Below are positions 7,983 through 16,228 of a stretch of DNA of 64,000 bases, piece after piece; positions within the stretch are counted from its first letter, which is position 1; every line of letters starts with the position of its first letter. Position numbers and translations under genes: made by a program. The notes beneath the pieces are model-generated. The model did not search any database and was not told where the DNA came from. It was given only the letters and a program-made list of their open reading frames with translations. This DNA comes from a virus (taxonomy: Duplodnaviria; Heunggongvirae; Uroviricota; Caudoviricetes), in IMG/VR virus record IMGVR_UViG_3300035241_000016, positions 1 through 64,000 of that record; one strand, written 5' to 3'.

Positions 7983-8770
7983 TCGATCCACATATCCTTC
8001 AGTAGCTCCTTCACCGCGTACCGCATGGCAGCCTCGTGGCGGTGGGCTTGCGTCCAATCGGGGCGCTCGGCTTCGTAGTACGCCTTCTTGGCGTCGTATG
8101 CCGCCCTGTATGGTCCGCGTCCAACCTTCACGATGGCCTCGGCGAGTTGGTGGCAGACCATGCGGCCCTGCGGGCTGTGCGTGAGCTTCTGGCCTCGGAC
8201 GAGCCGCGGTGCCGCTCCGTCCACGACGTGCAGCCCGAGATAGTGCCAGAGCTTCGACACCGTAGCGAAGTTGCTGAGCGGGCCGGTGATCCCCATGAGC
8301 CGCGCAAACCCTGGCAATCCGATGCCTGGCGCCTGCTCGACCCATCTGCGCATTGGGTGCTGCCTGGCCAGGCGTTCTAACTGTCGATCAATCCCTCGCT
8401 CGGTCAGCAGCAGGGCATCCGCGGCGGTCTGCGCCGGCAGTCGCCACTCCTCTGCCAACTGGTCACGGACCATCGCGGCAACGCGGTTGCTCATGGCGAT
8501 GCGCACCTTCTGGACGTCCCACAGCAGACGCGCGTAGTGGCCCAGCAGGGCGTGGAGGAGCCGTAGGTCGGGCACTACGACTTCGGGCTGCACGTGCAGC
8601 TGGGCCCGACCTACGGCCTCCGAACCCCTGGCATGTGGGAAGCGGGTATCAGCCCCATCTCGGCCAGGAGTGCTCTCCCCAGCATGTACTCGAAGGGCGT
8701 CATCGCCTACTCGGCTGGAGAGCGGGATAGGCAACGGTACTTGCGGCGCGCGCACGGGCCCGTTGTTCAT
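7955..8770 (-). CDS. HhH-motif protein resembling IS110 transposase C-terminal (Transposase_20) region; lacks DEDD domain
   Basis: VEQAPGIGLPGFARLMGITGPLSNFATVSKLWHYLGLHVVDG...GRMVCHQLAEAIVK matches the PGIG...GL...R pattern of Transposase_20/HhH. N-terminal half looks non-coding, so the true start may be internal. Confidence 0.35.
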   Translation of the reverse strand: MNNGPVRAPQVPLPIPLSSRVGDDALRVHAGESTPGRDGADTRFPHARGSEAVGRAQLHVQPEVVVPDLRLLHALLGHYARLLWDVQKVRIAMSNRVAAMVRDQLAEEWRLPAQTAADALLLTERGIDRQLERLARQHPMRRWVEQAPGIGLPGFARLMGITGPLSNFATVSKLWHYLGLHVVDGAAPRLVRGQKLTHSPQGRMVCHQLAEAIVKVGRGPYRAAYDAKKAYYEAERPDWTQAHRHEAAMRYAVKELLKDMWIEWRSAVPSL

Positions 8771-9309
8771 GCGGCCTCAATGACGAGCTCGACGCCCAGG
8801 GCAAGCTGTCGCACCTGCTCCTGGGCGGTCAGCACCTGATCGACCATCACGTCGTCGGTCTTGAGCTGACCGCCCAGGAGCCGCCAAAACGACAGCGCTG
8901 TCTCGGCGCGCTCCATGCGCGTCTGGTGCATCTCTGCCTGATGCCGGCAATCACGGCGAGTGAACGAACCCAGGCGCTTCCACTGGCCGCCGTGTACCGG
9001 CAGCATCGCCTCGAGGATCGCCTGCTCCGTCTTCAGCAGTGTCACGTTGACCTTGCGTGGGCCAAAGACATCACTGTCGTACTCCAGCGGGAGCGGTTGC
9101 GAGGCGAGGTGTGATTGCCGGCGGTTGCTCGGTGTCAGGAGTCCGACGCGCTGCTTGTCGTTGTTAACGGCTGAATTCCAGATCTTCATCAAGCCCTGGA
9201 CGCCGACCAGCGCCAGCACTTCGTCACCCCGCCCGTCTTTGATGAACCCATCCAACGCTACGCGAGCAGCCTCACCGGTGGGCATGCGCTGGTCCTCGAC
9301 CAGCGGTAG
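8767..9309 (-). CDS. hypothetical protein (coupled to 7955..8770)
   Basis: ATG preceded by AAGAGG; ends in ATGA overlap; ~180 aa (MLPLVEDQRMPTGEAARVALDGFIKDG...). Confidence 0.4.
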   Translation of the reverse strand, partial: LPLVEDQRMPTGEAARVALDGFIKDGRGDEVLALVGVQGLMKIWNSAVNNDKQRVGLLTPSNRRQSHLASQPLPLEYDSDVFGPRKVNVTLLKTEQAILEAMLPVHGGQWKRLGSFTRRDCRHQAEMHQTRMERAETALSFWRLLGGQLKTDDVMVDQVLTAQEQVRQLALGVELVIEAA

Positions 9310-9341
9310 CATGGCGTTGATAACCTCTTGGGCGTCCACGG

Positions 9342-9740
9342 CTACGCCGGCACCTCGGCACCCACGGCCTTCAGGGCAGCCAAGCAAATGGCAAGCGGCA
9401 CCGTGGGAGCCACGCAACTGTCCTTCGGGTCGCCCGTGAAGTTGACCAGCGCGCCGAGGCCATCCTTGAACGGACGACGCGCCATCTCCCACCACCTGTA
9501 ATGGTTCGTCGCCATGTGCTCCACCACCTGCCACGCCGCCGCGATGTCGGTGCTGTACGCAGGAACGTCGCGACAGTAGTCCGACCAGCGTGGAAAGTCG
9601 GGGCGACATTCCTCGTGTTGGCTGTAATAGCCCAGCGGGTCCAACGTCGCCTTGACCACGCCGTTCACGCCGACCTTGCGCCACACAACGCCCATCACCT
9701 TCTCGGCCACCAGCGCGTCCAGTTCCCGGCCTGCGGTCAT
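9342..9740 (-). CDS. phage ABA-sandwich-like domain protein (paralog 2 of 3)
   Basis: MTAGRELDALVAEKVMGVVWRK...DIAAAWQVVEHM...LAICLAALKAVG. Listed ORF (to 10184) has a low-complexity false extension. Confidence 0.6.
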   Translation of the reverse strand: MTAGRELDALVAEKVMGVVWRKVGVNGVVKATLDPLGYYSQHEECRPDFPRWSDYCRDVPAYSTDIAAAWQVVEHMATNHYRWWEMARRPFKDGLGALVNFTGDPKDSCVAPTVPLAICLAALKAVGAEVPA

Positions 9741-9778
9741 CGTGTCGAAATCTAGGGTTGGCGTGTGGTGCGCCGCCG

Positions 9779-10330
9779 TCACTTCTTCTTCCGTTCGGGC
9801 AGGTAGATGGTGACGCCGGGCCCGTTCAGATCGAGCTGCTTTTTCTCGGTCCACTGGCCCAGTTCCTTTGCGGCCTGCTCCTGCAGCGCGCGTACCTCGC
9901 GGGGGATGATCGGATCCACTTCGTATTCGGTGACGGTCTGGGCGTTCGGCCCCATGCCGATCACCTTCAACGTCTTCACCACCAGGCCTTGGTCGCCGCC
10001 GGGTAACTCCCGCAGTTCCGGGTCTGCAGCACGAGCCGCCAAGACCTTTAGATAGCGCTCCTGCAGGTCGTCCAGGATCCTGACGCGCTTGTGTCGCTGG
10101 GCGATGGCCAGATGGACGATGCTCCGCTCCATCTCCTCGAGGATGGCTGCCTTCTTCGCCTTGAAGTCCGGGTGGAGTTTCCACGTCGCCAGTGTGCGCC
10201 GGTTAACGCCACACTCGGCCGCGATGTCCTCATCACTAAGCCGGTCTTCGGCAAGCAGTTGGGCGGCCCTCAGACGTTCCTCTGTCCACTCGAATGCCGT
10301 GGAGTTTTGTGATCCGTGGCCACCGCTCAT
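9779..10330 (-). CDS. terS: terminase small subunit candidate (HTH)
   Basis: Start at MSGGHGS preceded by AAGGAGAGAAGGA. N-terminal HTH WTEERLRAAQLLAEDRLSDEDIAAECGVNRRTLATWKLHPDFKAK typical of TerS; ~183 aa with basic C-terminus. Confidence 0.55.
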   Translation of the reverse strand: MSGGHGSQNSTAFEWTEERLRAAQLLAEDRLSDEDIAAECGVNRRTLATWKLHPDFKAKKAAILEEMERSIVHLAIAQRHKRVRILDDLQERYLKVLAARAADPELRELPGGDQGLVVKTLKVIGMGPNAQTVTEYEVDPIIPREVRALQEQAAKELGQWTEKKQLDLNGPGVTIYLPERKKK

Positions 10331-10725
10331 TCCTTCTCTCCTTGGTTCGCGGTCCTTGTGGCTTTGTACCCCCAGCCGGTCAGGGGCTCCGAACCTCGGC
10401 GCACCTCGGGTAGCGCCTCTGGATAGCAGGAAGAACAGGCGCAGGTTCCTTTCATGGACCGGTCCGCCGGCGGCGTCACAAGCCCACCCTTCGCACCGTG
10501 CGCCGCGTTCCGCCAAGGAGCACTCGCGGCCACCAGCCACGCACTTAGCCCGGCGAAGACCATTGCGTCCGGCACCCAACTCGGGATGTGATCCGCAAGC
10601 AACGCAACCCAGCCGATTCGGTCCTTTAGAATGACGGCGACCACCAGCATGGGCATCCCCACATTCGTCAAGAGGGAGTACTGCCTCTCCAGCATGGTCG
10701 CCTTCTGATCAGTCTTCATAGCCAT
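10327..10725 (-). CDS. membrane protein (2 TM)
   Basis: MAMKTDQKATMLERQYSLLTNVGMPMLVVAVILKDRIGWVALLADHIPSWVPDAMVFAGLSAWLVAASAPW; AAAGGAG SD; ATGA overlap with terS. Confidence 0.5.
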   Translation of the reverse strand: MAMKTDQKATMLERQYSLLTNVGMPMLVVAVILKDRIGWVALLADHIPSWVPDAMVFAGLSAWLVAASAPWRNAAHGAKGGLVTPPADRSMKGTCACSSCYPEALPEVRRGSEPLTGWGYKATRTANQGEKE

Positions 10726-10733
10726 ATCTCCTT

Positions 10734-10931
10734 TCAGTTCCCCATGTCCGAAATCAGCCGCAGCACGAGCTGCTGTCCGCCATCTGGAGGAGGCACGAAC
10801 CCGGCGCACCACACCTGACGTCCCATGACGTCGCGCACCATCAACAAGGCCGCGCGCTGAGCTCGCGCCGCCGCAATCAGGTCGGGCTCCGCCAACACCG
10901 CGCGCAGGGTTGCCGGATTGATGGGCGTCAC
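10734..10931 (-). CDS. hypothetical small protein
   Basis: 65-aa ORF, plausible composition. Confidence 0.3.
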   Translation of the reverse strand: MTPINPATLRAVLAEPDLIAAARAQRAALLMVRDVMGRQVWCAGFVPPPDGGQQLVLRLISDMGN

Positions 10932-10992
10932 AGGAGAACCCCATCAGACGGCAGCAACTTGGCCGCATCAGCAATGGTCAACCGTCCGACAG

Positions 10993-11652
10993 TCACTTCG
11001 CTTGATCTCTGAACGCGTCCGCCCACGCCCGCCATTCGGCCACGAGCCGCGACATCTCCGCTCGCTCGGCGGCGCTGAGGTGCAGCAGCAGTTCCGCCGG
11101 CGGGACAGTGCGCACGAGTTGGCTCATGGCGCCGCAAGCCCGCGACCAGGTCGCACGGACGGCGAAAGCCGACTGCCGAATGAAGCGCGCTGTGGGCAGC
11201 GTGGACGTGTCCACGGTCGTCCTGCCAGATGCCGGCGCCGGTGCACTCGCCCCGAGGTGCGCGGCCACAGCCTCGCGAACCTCGACCACCGTCGCGGTCC
11301 CGACGTCGATCCTGGCGGCGACCTGCCGCTGGCCTTCAGTAGGCAGGCGTGAGAGGACGCGGGCCGTCTCGTGGCCGACCGGTTTTGTGGACAGGCTGTC
11401 CACATTTTGGGCGGCTCGTGAGGCGCTGATGTACTTGTAGCCAGCCGAGCGCCCGAATCCCCAGCGCTGCTCACAGTAGTCCTCGAAGGTGTCGTAGCCG
11501 GTCAGGCGGTAGGCCTTGGCCTCGCGGATGGCGGCCAGAGCGTTGCCGACGGCGACGAAGTGCTCCCGGCTGGATTCGATGACTGCCTCATGGCCTTCGA
11601 GTTCGGCCACCGTCATTGTGGAGGCGGCGGCTGCGGTGAGGTGGTCAGGCAT
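10993..11652 (-). CDS. putative DNA-binding protein (DUF3102-like)
   Basis: Start MPDHL with GAGGA SD; contains AIREAKAYRLTGYDTFEDYCEQRWGFGRSAGYKYISASRAA, a motif common in phage/plasmid HTH proteins. Confidence 0.45.
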   Translation of the reverse strand: MPDHLTAAAASTMTVAELEGHEAVIESSREHFVAVGNALAAIREAKAYRLTGYDTFEDYCEQRWGFGRSAGYKYISASRAAQNVDSLSTKPVGHETARVLSRLPTEGQRQVAARIDVGTATVVEVREAVAAHLGASAPAPASGRTTVDTSTLPTARFIRQSAFAVRATWSRACGAMSQLVRTVPPAELLLHLSAAERAEMSRLVAEWRAWADAFRDQAK

Positions 11653-12283
11653 CGCTATCCTCACGCACCGACTCCACAGCGAAGTACACGAACTGCATCG
11701 TCTCCCCCCATCTCTGGCAATCGGCCTTTGTCCTCGCCTCTTGAATCAACTGCCGCCGCGTCCGCGCTCGCTCGCGGTGGGCATTCCATTGCTGGATGAG
11801 CTCGGGTCTCAGTTGATCCTCGGGCACCGGGACGTACTCGGGACAGCCACCTAGCGCGGCGTCCTTGAGCGGCGCGCGGTGATTGTTGAGGTTGTACATT
11901 GAACACAGCCCTGTCCACATGCCCCGTGTGCAGGCGAACAGGCGGTTGTCGGCGTACCGCACCCGTGGTAATTGGGGCCGCGCCGCCTCCTTTACTTCGA
12001 TCGTGTTGGCGCACGTCGCGCAGTTCGTCGCGCTGCGCTGGTACTGCCGGCGCGGGCTCTCCTCCATCCGCGGTGCCGCGCTGACATTGACGAGCGGGCC
12101 CACGGTGAGCAGGCTCCCGTCCCAGCAGCGCTTCGTCCCAAGGGCGACGCAAGCGTTCCGCCCAATGCAGCGTGTGTATTGATTGCGGATGTCCATACAG
12201 GGGAAGCGACTTGGCGTGTCGGATCTGGGCTCAGCGGAGGCATCCTCGTCGCGATCCAGCGTCAACATCGGCAGATCGATCAC
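11645..12283 (-). CDS. Cys-rich protein sharing a C-terminal domain with the 12582..14132 gene product
   Basis: GTG start in GTGA overlap after an AAGGAGAAGGAG SD. NCATCANTIEVKEAARP...RLFACTRGMWTG...CPEY...LRPEL parallels QCATCANAVDIPQKRADG...RLVRCQVGCWSG...CPHF..ADLRPEL in the neighbour. Confidence 0.45.
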   Translation of the reverse strand: MIDLPMLTLDRDEDASAEPRSDTPSRFPCMDIRNQYTRCIGRNACVALGTKRCWDGSLLTVGPLVNVSAAPRMEESPRRQYQRSATNCATCANTIEVKEAARPQLPRVRYADNRLFACTRGMWTGLCSMYNLNNHRAPLKDAALGGCPEYVPVPEDQLRPELIQQWNAHRERARTRRQLIQEARTKADCQRWGETMQFVYFAVESVREDSDA

Positions 12284-12585
12284 TCCTTCTCCTTGGCGGC
12301 TGCCTCGCGCTTAGCCGCAATCCGCAGCCGAGGGCCCAGGATGTCGCGCCTGTACTGGCGCTGGTTGTACAGGTAGAACTGCACCGTCGTGCTGATGAGG
12401 GCGGCCAACTCCAGCGCCTCGCACGGTGCCATGTCGAAGCTGTGCGCGTGTTCTCCTCCCTCAATCGGCGTGAACTCCAACCGCAGCACATCGCAGGCAT
12501 GCTCCTCGCCGACAGGCAGGATGTGCGCTCGCATCTGCCCTTCACCAACCGTGAAGGAGTCCGCTCGCGGGGGTAGGCGCTTCAC
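12280..12585 (-). CDS. hypothetical protein
   Basis: 101 aa, GTGA overlaps at both ends. Confidence 0.4.
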   Translation of the reverse strand: MKRLPPRADSFTVGEGQMRAHILPVGEEHACDVLRLEFTPIEGGEHAHSFDMAPCEALELAALISTTVQFYLYNQRQYRRDILGPRLRIAAKREAAAKEKE

Positions 12586-14132
12586 GCTGCCTCCGCTTTC
12601 TCTCGTTCGGTCCGGCGTTTCTGCGAGGCTCGGTCGGCCTCGCGTTTCGACACCAGCTCAGGACGGAGGTCGGCCGCCTGCACGAAGTGAGGGCAAGGCC
12701 GCGGGCTCCTCGGGAGCACCGGAACACGACCGTTCACCAGGCTCGTCACCGAGATGGCACCTGACCAGCAACCCACCTGGCACCTCACCAGCCGGTCGTC
12801 ACGGCCGCGACCGTCGGCGCGCTTTTGGGGAATGTCCACCGCGTTGGCACACGTCGCGCACTGTCCGTTCGTGTAGCGCTTCGGCGCCAGTGCCACGTGA
12901 AGTGGTGCCGTGAGCGCTACGACCGATGCTTCGTCATCACCGCCCTGGTCCCTCAGATGCGCTTTCCAGTGCTGCTGCATTGGCGCGAAGCCCTCGGCCC
13001 GACAGAAGTCGTCGAACCAAGCGACGAAGTCAGCGAGTGGTACGGAAGCCCGCCACAGTCGATGGCTGGCCTCGGCCGCTCCTGCGGTGGCCGGCTCCAA
13101 GAGCAGGCGCTTGCTGGAATCCGCGAACAGCCGCTCAAGCCGCAGGTGCTCAGCCCATCCAGCTTTGGTCGGCTTGTCGGCGTGGGTGAACCACGCCCGG
13201 AAGTCTGCGTACGGCGTGTCGGCGTTGGCCCATGCCTGGTAGGCAGACTCGGGCCCGACCATCAGATCCTCCAGCGGCCTCCGGTCGCGCAGGGCGCTGG
13301 AGGGTTTGCGCCCGGAGATAAGGTCGTCCAGTTTGCGCCGGGCCTCCTCGATGGTCCGGCCAAAGACGATCTTGGGCCCGGCATCCGTGGTGAGCCGGCC
13401 CCGCCAGCGGCCGCGGGTCCTGTCCCAGACGATGGTGCCGGCAGGGTTCCGGGGACGTCCGCGAGCAATAGGTGAGGCGGACTTGTTCGGCGCCGCCGGT
13501 CGGAAGCACTCGCGACAGCGACCCCGTACGCCAGCGCCGCCATCCCGGGCGATCTGGAAGGCAGCGATGGGCAGCACGCGATCGCACCCGCGGCAGCGCT
13601 TCGTGCCCGGCTCGAGCACCACGACGCCAAGCCGCGCCCGCAGCGCCGCGAGCTTCTCCAGGCAGCGCTCGCGGTCCGTCGACGCCACCCAGAACTGTCG
13701 CCCCTGGTGCGTGACGTGCCCGCGCCAGCCGCCGTGCACGCGGTCGTACGACAGCCCCTTGAGCTTGGGCGGGTTGGTGCGCAGGCACTCGGCGCACTCT
13801 CGGCGCTCAGGGTCCACGTCCGTCGCCGGAAGCAGGCGCTTACAGCGTCGGCAGTAGGCGAGGCTGCTGTTATCCTCGGAAGCAAGTGGGCTCGGATTGT
13901 TCCGGGTCGGCGGGGAGGCTCCGGCGGGTGCCTGGGGTGCCTCTTCCTTCGTGGAATGTCGGTCCGGTGCGTGCCCCGGAGCCTCCAGCTTCTCGGGCGG
14001 TTCCGTTTGTGGGCCATCCCACTCCGCTATGGTCGACGTACCGTCGCGGCTGAGGCGACCAAAGGATGCCCTCGTTACCGTCACCTCGACAGAAGTGGTG
14101 CGCCCCGTCCCGCTGCGACCCGCGGTACTCAC
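12582..14132 (-). CDS. AP2-like/zinc-ribbon DNA-binding protein with long Pro/Glu-rich N-terminal tail
   Basis: GTG start in GTGA overlap. Zn ribbon AYCRRCKRLL...ECAEC; two AP2-like units (GLSYDRVHGGWRGHVTHQGRQFWVASTDRERCLEKLAAL and GTIVWDRTRGRWRGRLTTDAGPKIVFGRTIEEARRKLDDL); C-terminal Cys domain shared with 11645..12283. Confidence 0.5.
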   Translation of the reverse strand: MSTAGRSGTGRTTSVEVTVTRASFGRLSRDGTSTIAEWDGPQTEPPEKLEAPGHAPDRHSTKEEAPQAPAGASPPTRNNPSPLASEDNSSLAYCRRCKRLLPATDVDPERRECAECLRTNPPKLKGLSYDRVHGGWRGHVTHQGRQFWVASTDRERCLEKLAALRARLGVVVLEPGTKRCRGCDRVLPIAAFQIARDGGAGVRGRCRECFRPAAPNKSASPIARGRPRNPAGTIVWDRTRGRWRGRLTTDAGPKIVFGRTIEEARRKLDDLISGRKPSSALRDRRPLEDLMVGPESAYQAWANADTPYADFRAWFTHADKPTKAGWAEHLRLERLFADSSKRLLLEPATAGAAEASHRLWRASVPLADFVAWFDDFCRAEGFAPMQQHWKAHLRDQGGDDEASVVALTAPLHVALAPKRYTNGQCATCANAVDIPQKRADGRGRDDRLVRCQVGCWSGAISVTSLVNGRVPVLPRSPRPCPHFVQAADLRPELVSKREADRASQKRRTEREKAEAA

Positions 14133-14665
14133 GCCGCCAACATCTCCGCCGTGATGGCTTCGCCGCGTTCCCAGCGATTGGCGAAGTCCGCCCAACCAGC
14201 CTCGAGCGTCCAAGAAGCATCACGCTGCAGGCGCGTGAGTAGGTCCGCCAACGTACTCGGCACCATCGCGACCTCGTCCCAGCACCAGTTGCCCACCCAG
14301 GTCGAGTAGCCTTTGATGGCGAAGGCACCGCAGCGGTCGAACACCACCCGGAAGTCCTGCCGGTCGATGTGGCCAGGTACGCCGTCGGGCTCGTCATCGC
14401 TATCGCTTACGGGTCCGTGCAATTCCAAACACGGCTCCAGGTGTTCGCTGGCCGTGTAGACCTTCAGCGCTCGGATCCAGCCGTCGGGGAAGCCGTTGCG
14501 CGGGTTATTGCTCGCCAGGGCCAGGCACGGGTAGGGGTAGGGAGAGGCACTCACGTGGACGAGTGAGGTTCTCAAGAGTTTGGTACGGCCACCACCATTC
14601 GGCGCAGTGGCCTTCGCTGGATTTGCGACGCGACCCGGAGTCACCGTTCGGCTCCCTCCAGGCAC
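14129..14665 (-). CDS. hypothetical protein abutting the tRNA 3' end (true start probably internal)
   Basis: C-terminal 120 aa is protein-like (...DRQDFRVVFDRCGAFAIKGYSTWVGNWCWDEVAMVPSTLADLLTRL...). Listed start lies 7 nt from the tRNA, so is unlikely. Confidence 0.35.
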   Translation of the reverse strand: MPGGSRTVTPGRVANPAKATAPNGGGRTKLLRTSLVHVSASPYPYPCLALASNNPRNGFPDGWIRALKVYTASEHLEPCLELHGPVSDSDDEPDGVPGHIDRQDFRVVFDRCGAFAIKGYSTWVGNWCWDEVAMVPSTLADLLTRLQRDASWTLEAGWADFANRWERGEAITAEMLAA

Positions 14666-14672
14666 TGTGCAG

Positions 14673-14744
14673 CTGGCGAGGCAGGATTCGAACCTGCAAC
14701 CGTGCGCTTAACAGGCGCCTGCTCCACCGTTGAGCTACTCGCCA
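14673..14744 (-). tRNA. tRNA-Asn (anticodon GTT)
   Basis: Reverse complement reads TGGCGAGTAGCTCAACGGTGGAGCAGGCGCCTGTTAAGCGCACGGTTGCAGGTTCGAATCCTGCCTCGCCAG. 7-bp acceptor stem, D stem GCTC/GAGC, anticodon loop CTGTTAA (U33, GTT, A37), T arm GCAGG-TTCGAAT-CCTGC; no encoded CCA. Confidence 0.8.
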
Positions 14745-14900
14745 AAACGTGATCCTGGGACACGCCGAGGGTCAGCAGCCGCTCCATGCCCAGCACGATC
14801 GCCTGCAGCGCCTCCCGCTCGGCCTCAGCTCTGTGCATCGCCGCCCGGAACTGCGGCATGGTGTCGGCGATGAGCGCCAGGAGCGTCGGGGTCACGCCTT

Positions 14901-15485
14901 TTACCACGCCGTCGGCGGCGAACCCGGCTGATGGGCATTCGCTGGCCGCTCCGTATCGAGCACCGATCCGGTGCTGTAGGACGAATAGTCACCGATGATT
15001 CGAAACGTCCGCACTACCGCGAAGTCGAAGAGATAGACCTCCGGATCGGCTAGCCCGTATAGCCGCAGGTCAATGGTTCCCGCCGCCGATTTCGCGATGG
15101 CTTCTGGCGTGCAATCATCGGCGCCATGTGTGGAGATGTACTGCACCACCGCATGACGGGCGATGCTCATGACGACGTCCTCCGCGTGGTGGAGGGTCTG
15201 GTACAGCTGCGCAATGTTGGTGATGGAGTAGCTGACGGATCCGGAGAACGTGATGGTGACGCTATCCCGGTTCGTGATGGTCTGGCGCCCCAGACTCGCC
15301 GTCCTCTTCCGAACGCTCTGCACATACACGACATCGATGAATGGCAGCTTCCAATGTGGTCCGGCTTCCAGGACTTTCACGTACTTGCCAAGGCGCACAC
15401 GAACCGCCTGCTGCCAAGGACTGACGACGATCCAGATCACCAGACTGCCGACAAATCGCTGGATGATGTTCAGGATTTCGTTCAT
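14901..15485 (-). CDS. SPFH/band-7 (stomatin/prohibitin-like) domain membrane protein
   Basis: N-terminal TM FVGSLVIWIVV followed by SPWQQAVRVRLGKYVKVLEAGPHWKLPFIDVVYVQSVRKRT...TNRDSVTITF, the classic SPFH core. Locally lower GC. Confidence 0.7.
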   Translation of the reverse strand: MNEILNIIQRFVGSLVIWIVVSPWQQAVRVRLGKYVKVLEAGPHWKLPFIDVVYVQSVRKRTASLGRQTITNRDSVTITFSGSVSYSITNIAQLYQTLHHAEDVVMSIARHAVVQYISTHGADDCTPEAIAKSAAGTIDLRLYGLADPEVYLFDFAVVRTFRIIGDYSSYSTGSVLDTERPANAHQPGSPPTAW

Positions 15486-15874
15486 TCGCTGAACCCTTCA
15501 GTGGGCAGAATTGAAACATTTGTTCTAGTCGCTGAGAAAAAAAGAGAGGCCGGCCGCTGGACCAATCGAGCGCACGTCCAGGCGCCCTCCTGGCCGTCGA
15601 TGACCTGCTCGGCGAAGAAGTTGGCCGCCTGCGCCGGGTCGTATGGGTTGTCGTACCCCGCTCGCCGGAAGGCTGCAGCCTTGCCGTAGTCGCTGATCTG
15701 ATACAGGCCCCGGTTGGGGCCGTTCGTAGCAAGCGGGTTGAACGAGCTTTCGCATCCGGCAACCTCGAGCATGAACCCAGCATGCACACCATGTGCGAGC
15801 GCCACCGCAATGATGAGCTGCTTGATAGCGTCGATTGTCACGCTGGCAATCCTTCGGACTCGCGCGGTTCCCAC
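15482..15874 (-). CDS. lysozyme-like / SLT-family transglycosylase domain protein
   Basis: LEVAGCESSFNPLATNGPNRGLYQISDYG matches the E-S...GL(M/Y)Q SLT motif. True start is probably a GTG near 15841. Confidence 0.5.
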   Translation of the reverse strand: MGTARVRRIASVTIDAIKQLIIAVALAHGVHAGFMLEVAGCESSFNPLATNGPNRGLYQISDYGKAAAFRRAGYDNPYDPAQAANFFAEQVIDGQEGAWTCARLVQRPASLFFSATRTNVSILPTEGFSE

Positions 15875-16017
15875 CAGGCGATCTGGATAAGGTGGTCGAG
15901 CCCGGCCTTGAAGACCGTGAGCTTCTTGCCAGTCGGGCCCATGATTTCCAGCATGTCGCCGGTATCGTCAGTGACGACCCAATCCTTCAAGAACCTCGGC
16001 AGTCGCTTATCCGCCAT
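15838..16017 (-). CDS. hypothetical small protein
   Basis: MADKRLPRFLKDWVVTDDTGDMLEIMGPTGKKLTVFKAGLDHLIQIAWWEP. Confidence 0.4.
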   Translation of the reverse strand: MADKRLPRFLKDWVVTDDTGDMLEIMGPTGKKLTVFKAGLDHLIQIAWWEPRESEGLPA

Positions 16018-16228
16018 CCGTTTCCACCACCTTTTCGCGCTGTTCCTCCGGGGACAGCCAGCCAGCCAATTGGAGCCATTGACGGCTTTCATAGAAGGTG
16101 CAGCCACAAGAGGACACATGTGACGGAGGCCCGGATGGGCTGCCAGTCCACGACTTCAATTCGGCCCGACAACGTGCGCCCTCATGGTCATGGCCGCAGA
16201 TGGGGCACTCCACTTCAGCGCGGACCAT
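16007..16228 (-). CDS. zinc-ribbon small protein
   Basis: MVRAEVECPICGHDHEGARCRAELKSW... Confidence 0.4.
   Translation of the reverse strand: MVRAEVECPICGHDHEGARCRAELKSWTGSPSGPPSHVSSCGCTFYESRQWLQLAGWLSPEEQREKVVETDGG

Noticed and set aside
7955-8770. Complete IS110-family insertion sequence
   Set aside because: Only the C-terminal Transposase_20/HhH-like portion is recognisable; no DEDD catalytic domain or terminal inverted repeats seen, so not called a mobile element.
9342-10184. Listed 280-aa ORF as a single gene
   Set aside because: The N-terminal 147 aa are Arg/Gly/Pro low-complexity; the conserved domain starts at internal Met (MTAGRELDALVAEK...). Trimmed to 9342..9740; the upstream region belongs to the terS candidate in another frame.
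14641-14907. 88-aa minus-strand ORF
   Set aside because: Runs through the tRNA-Asn gene on the same strand; cannot be a genuine CDS over that span.
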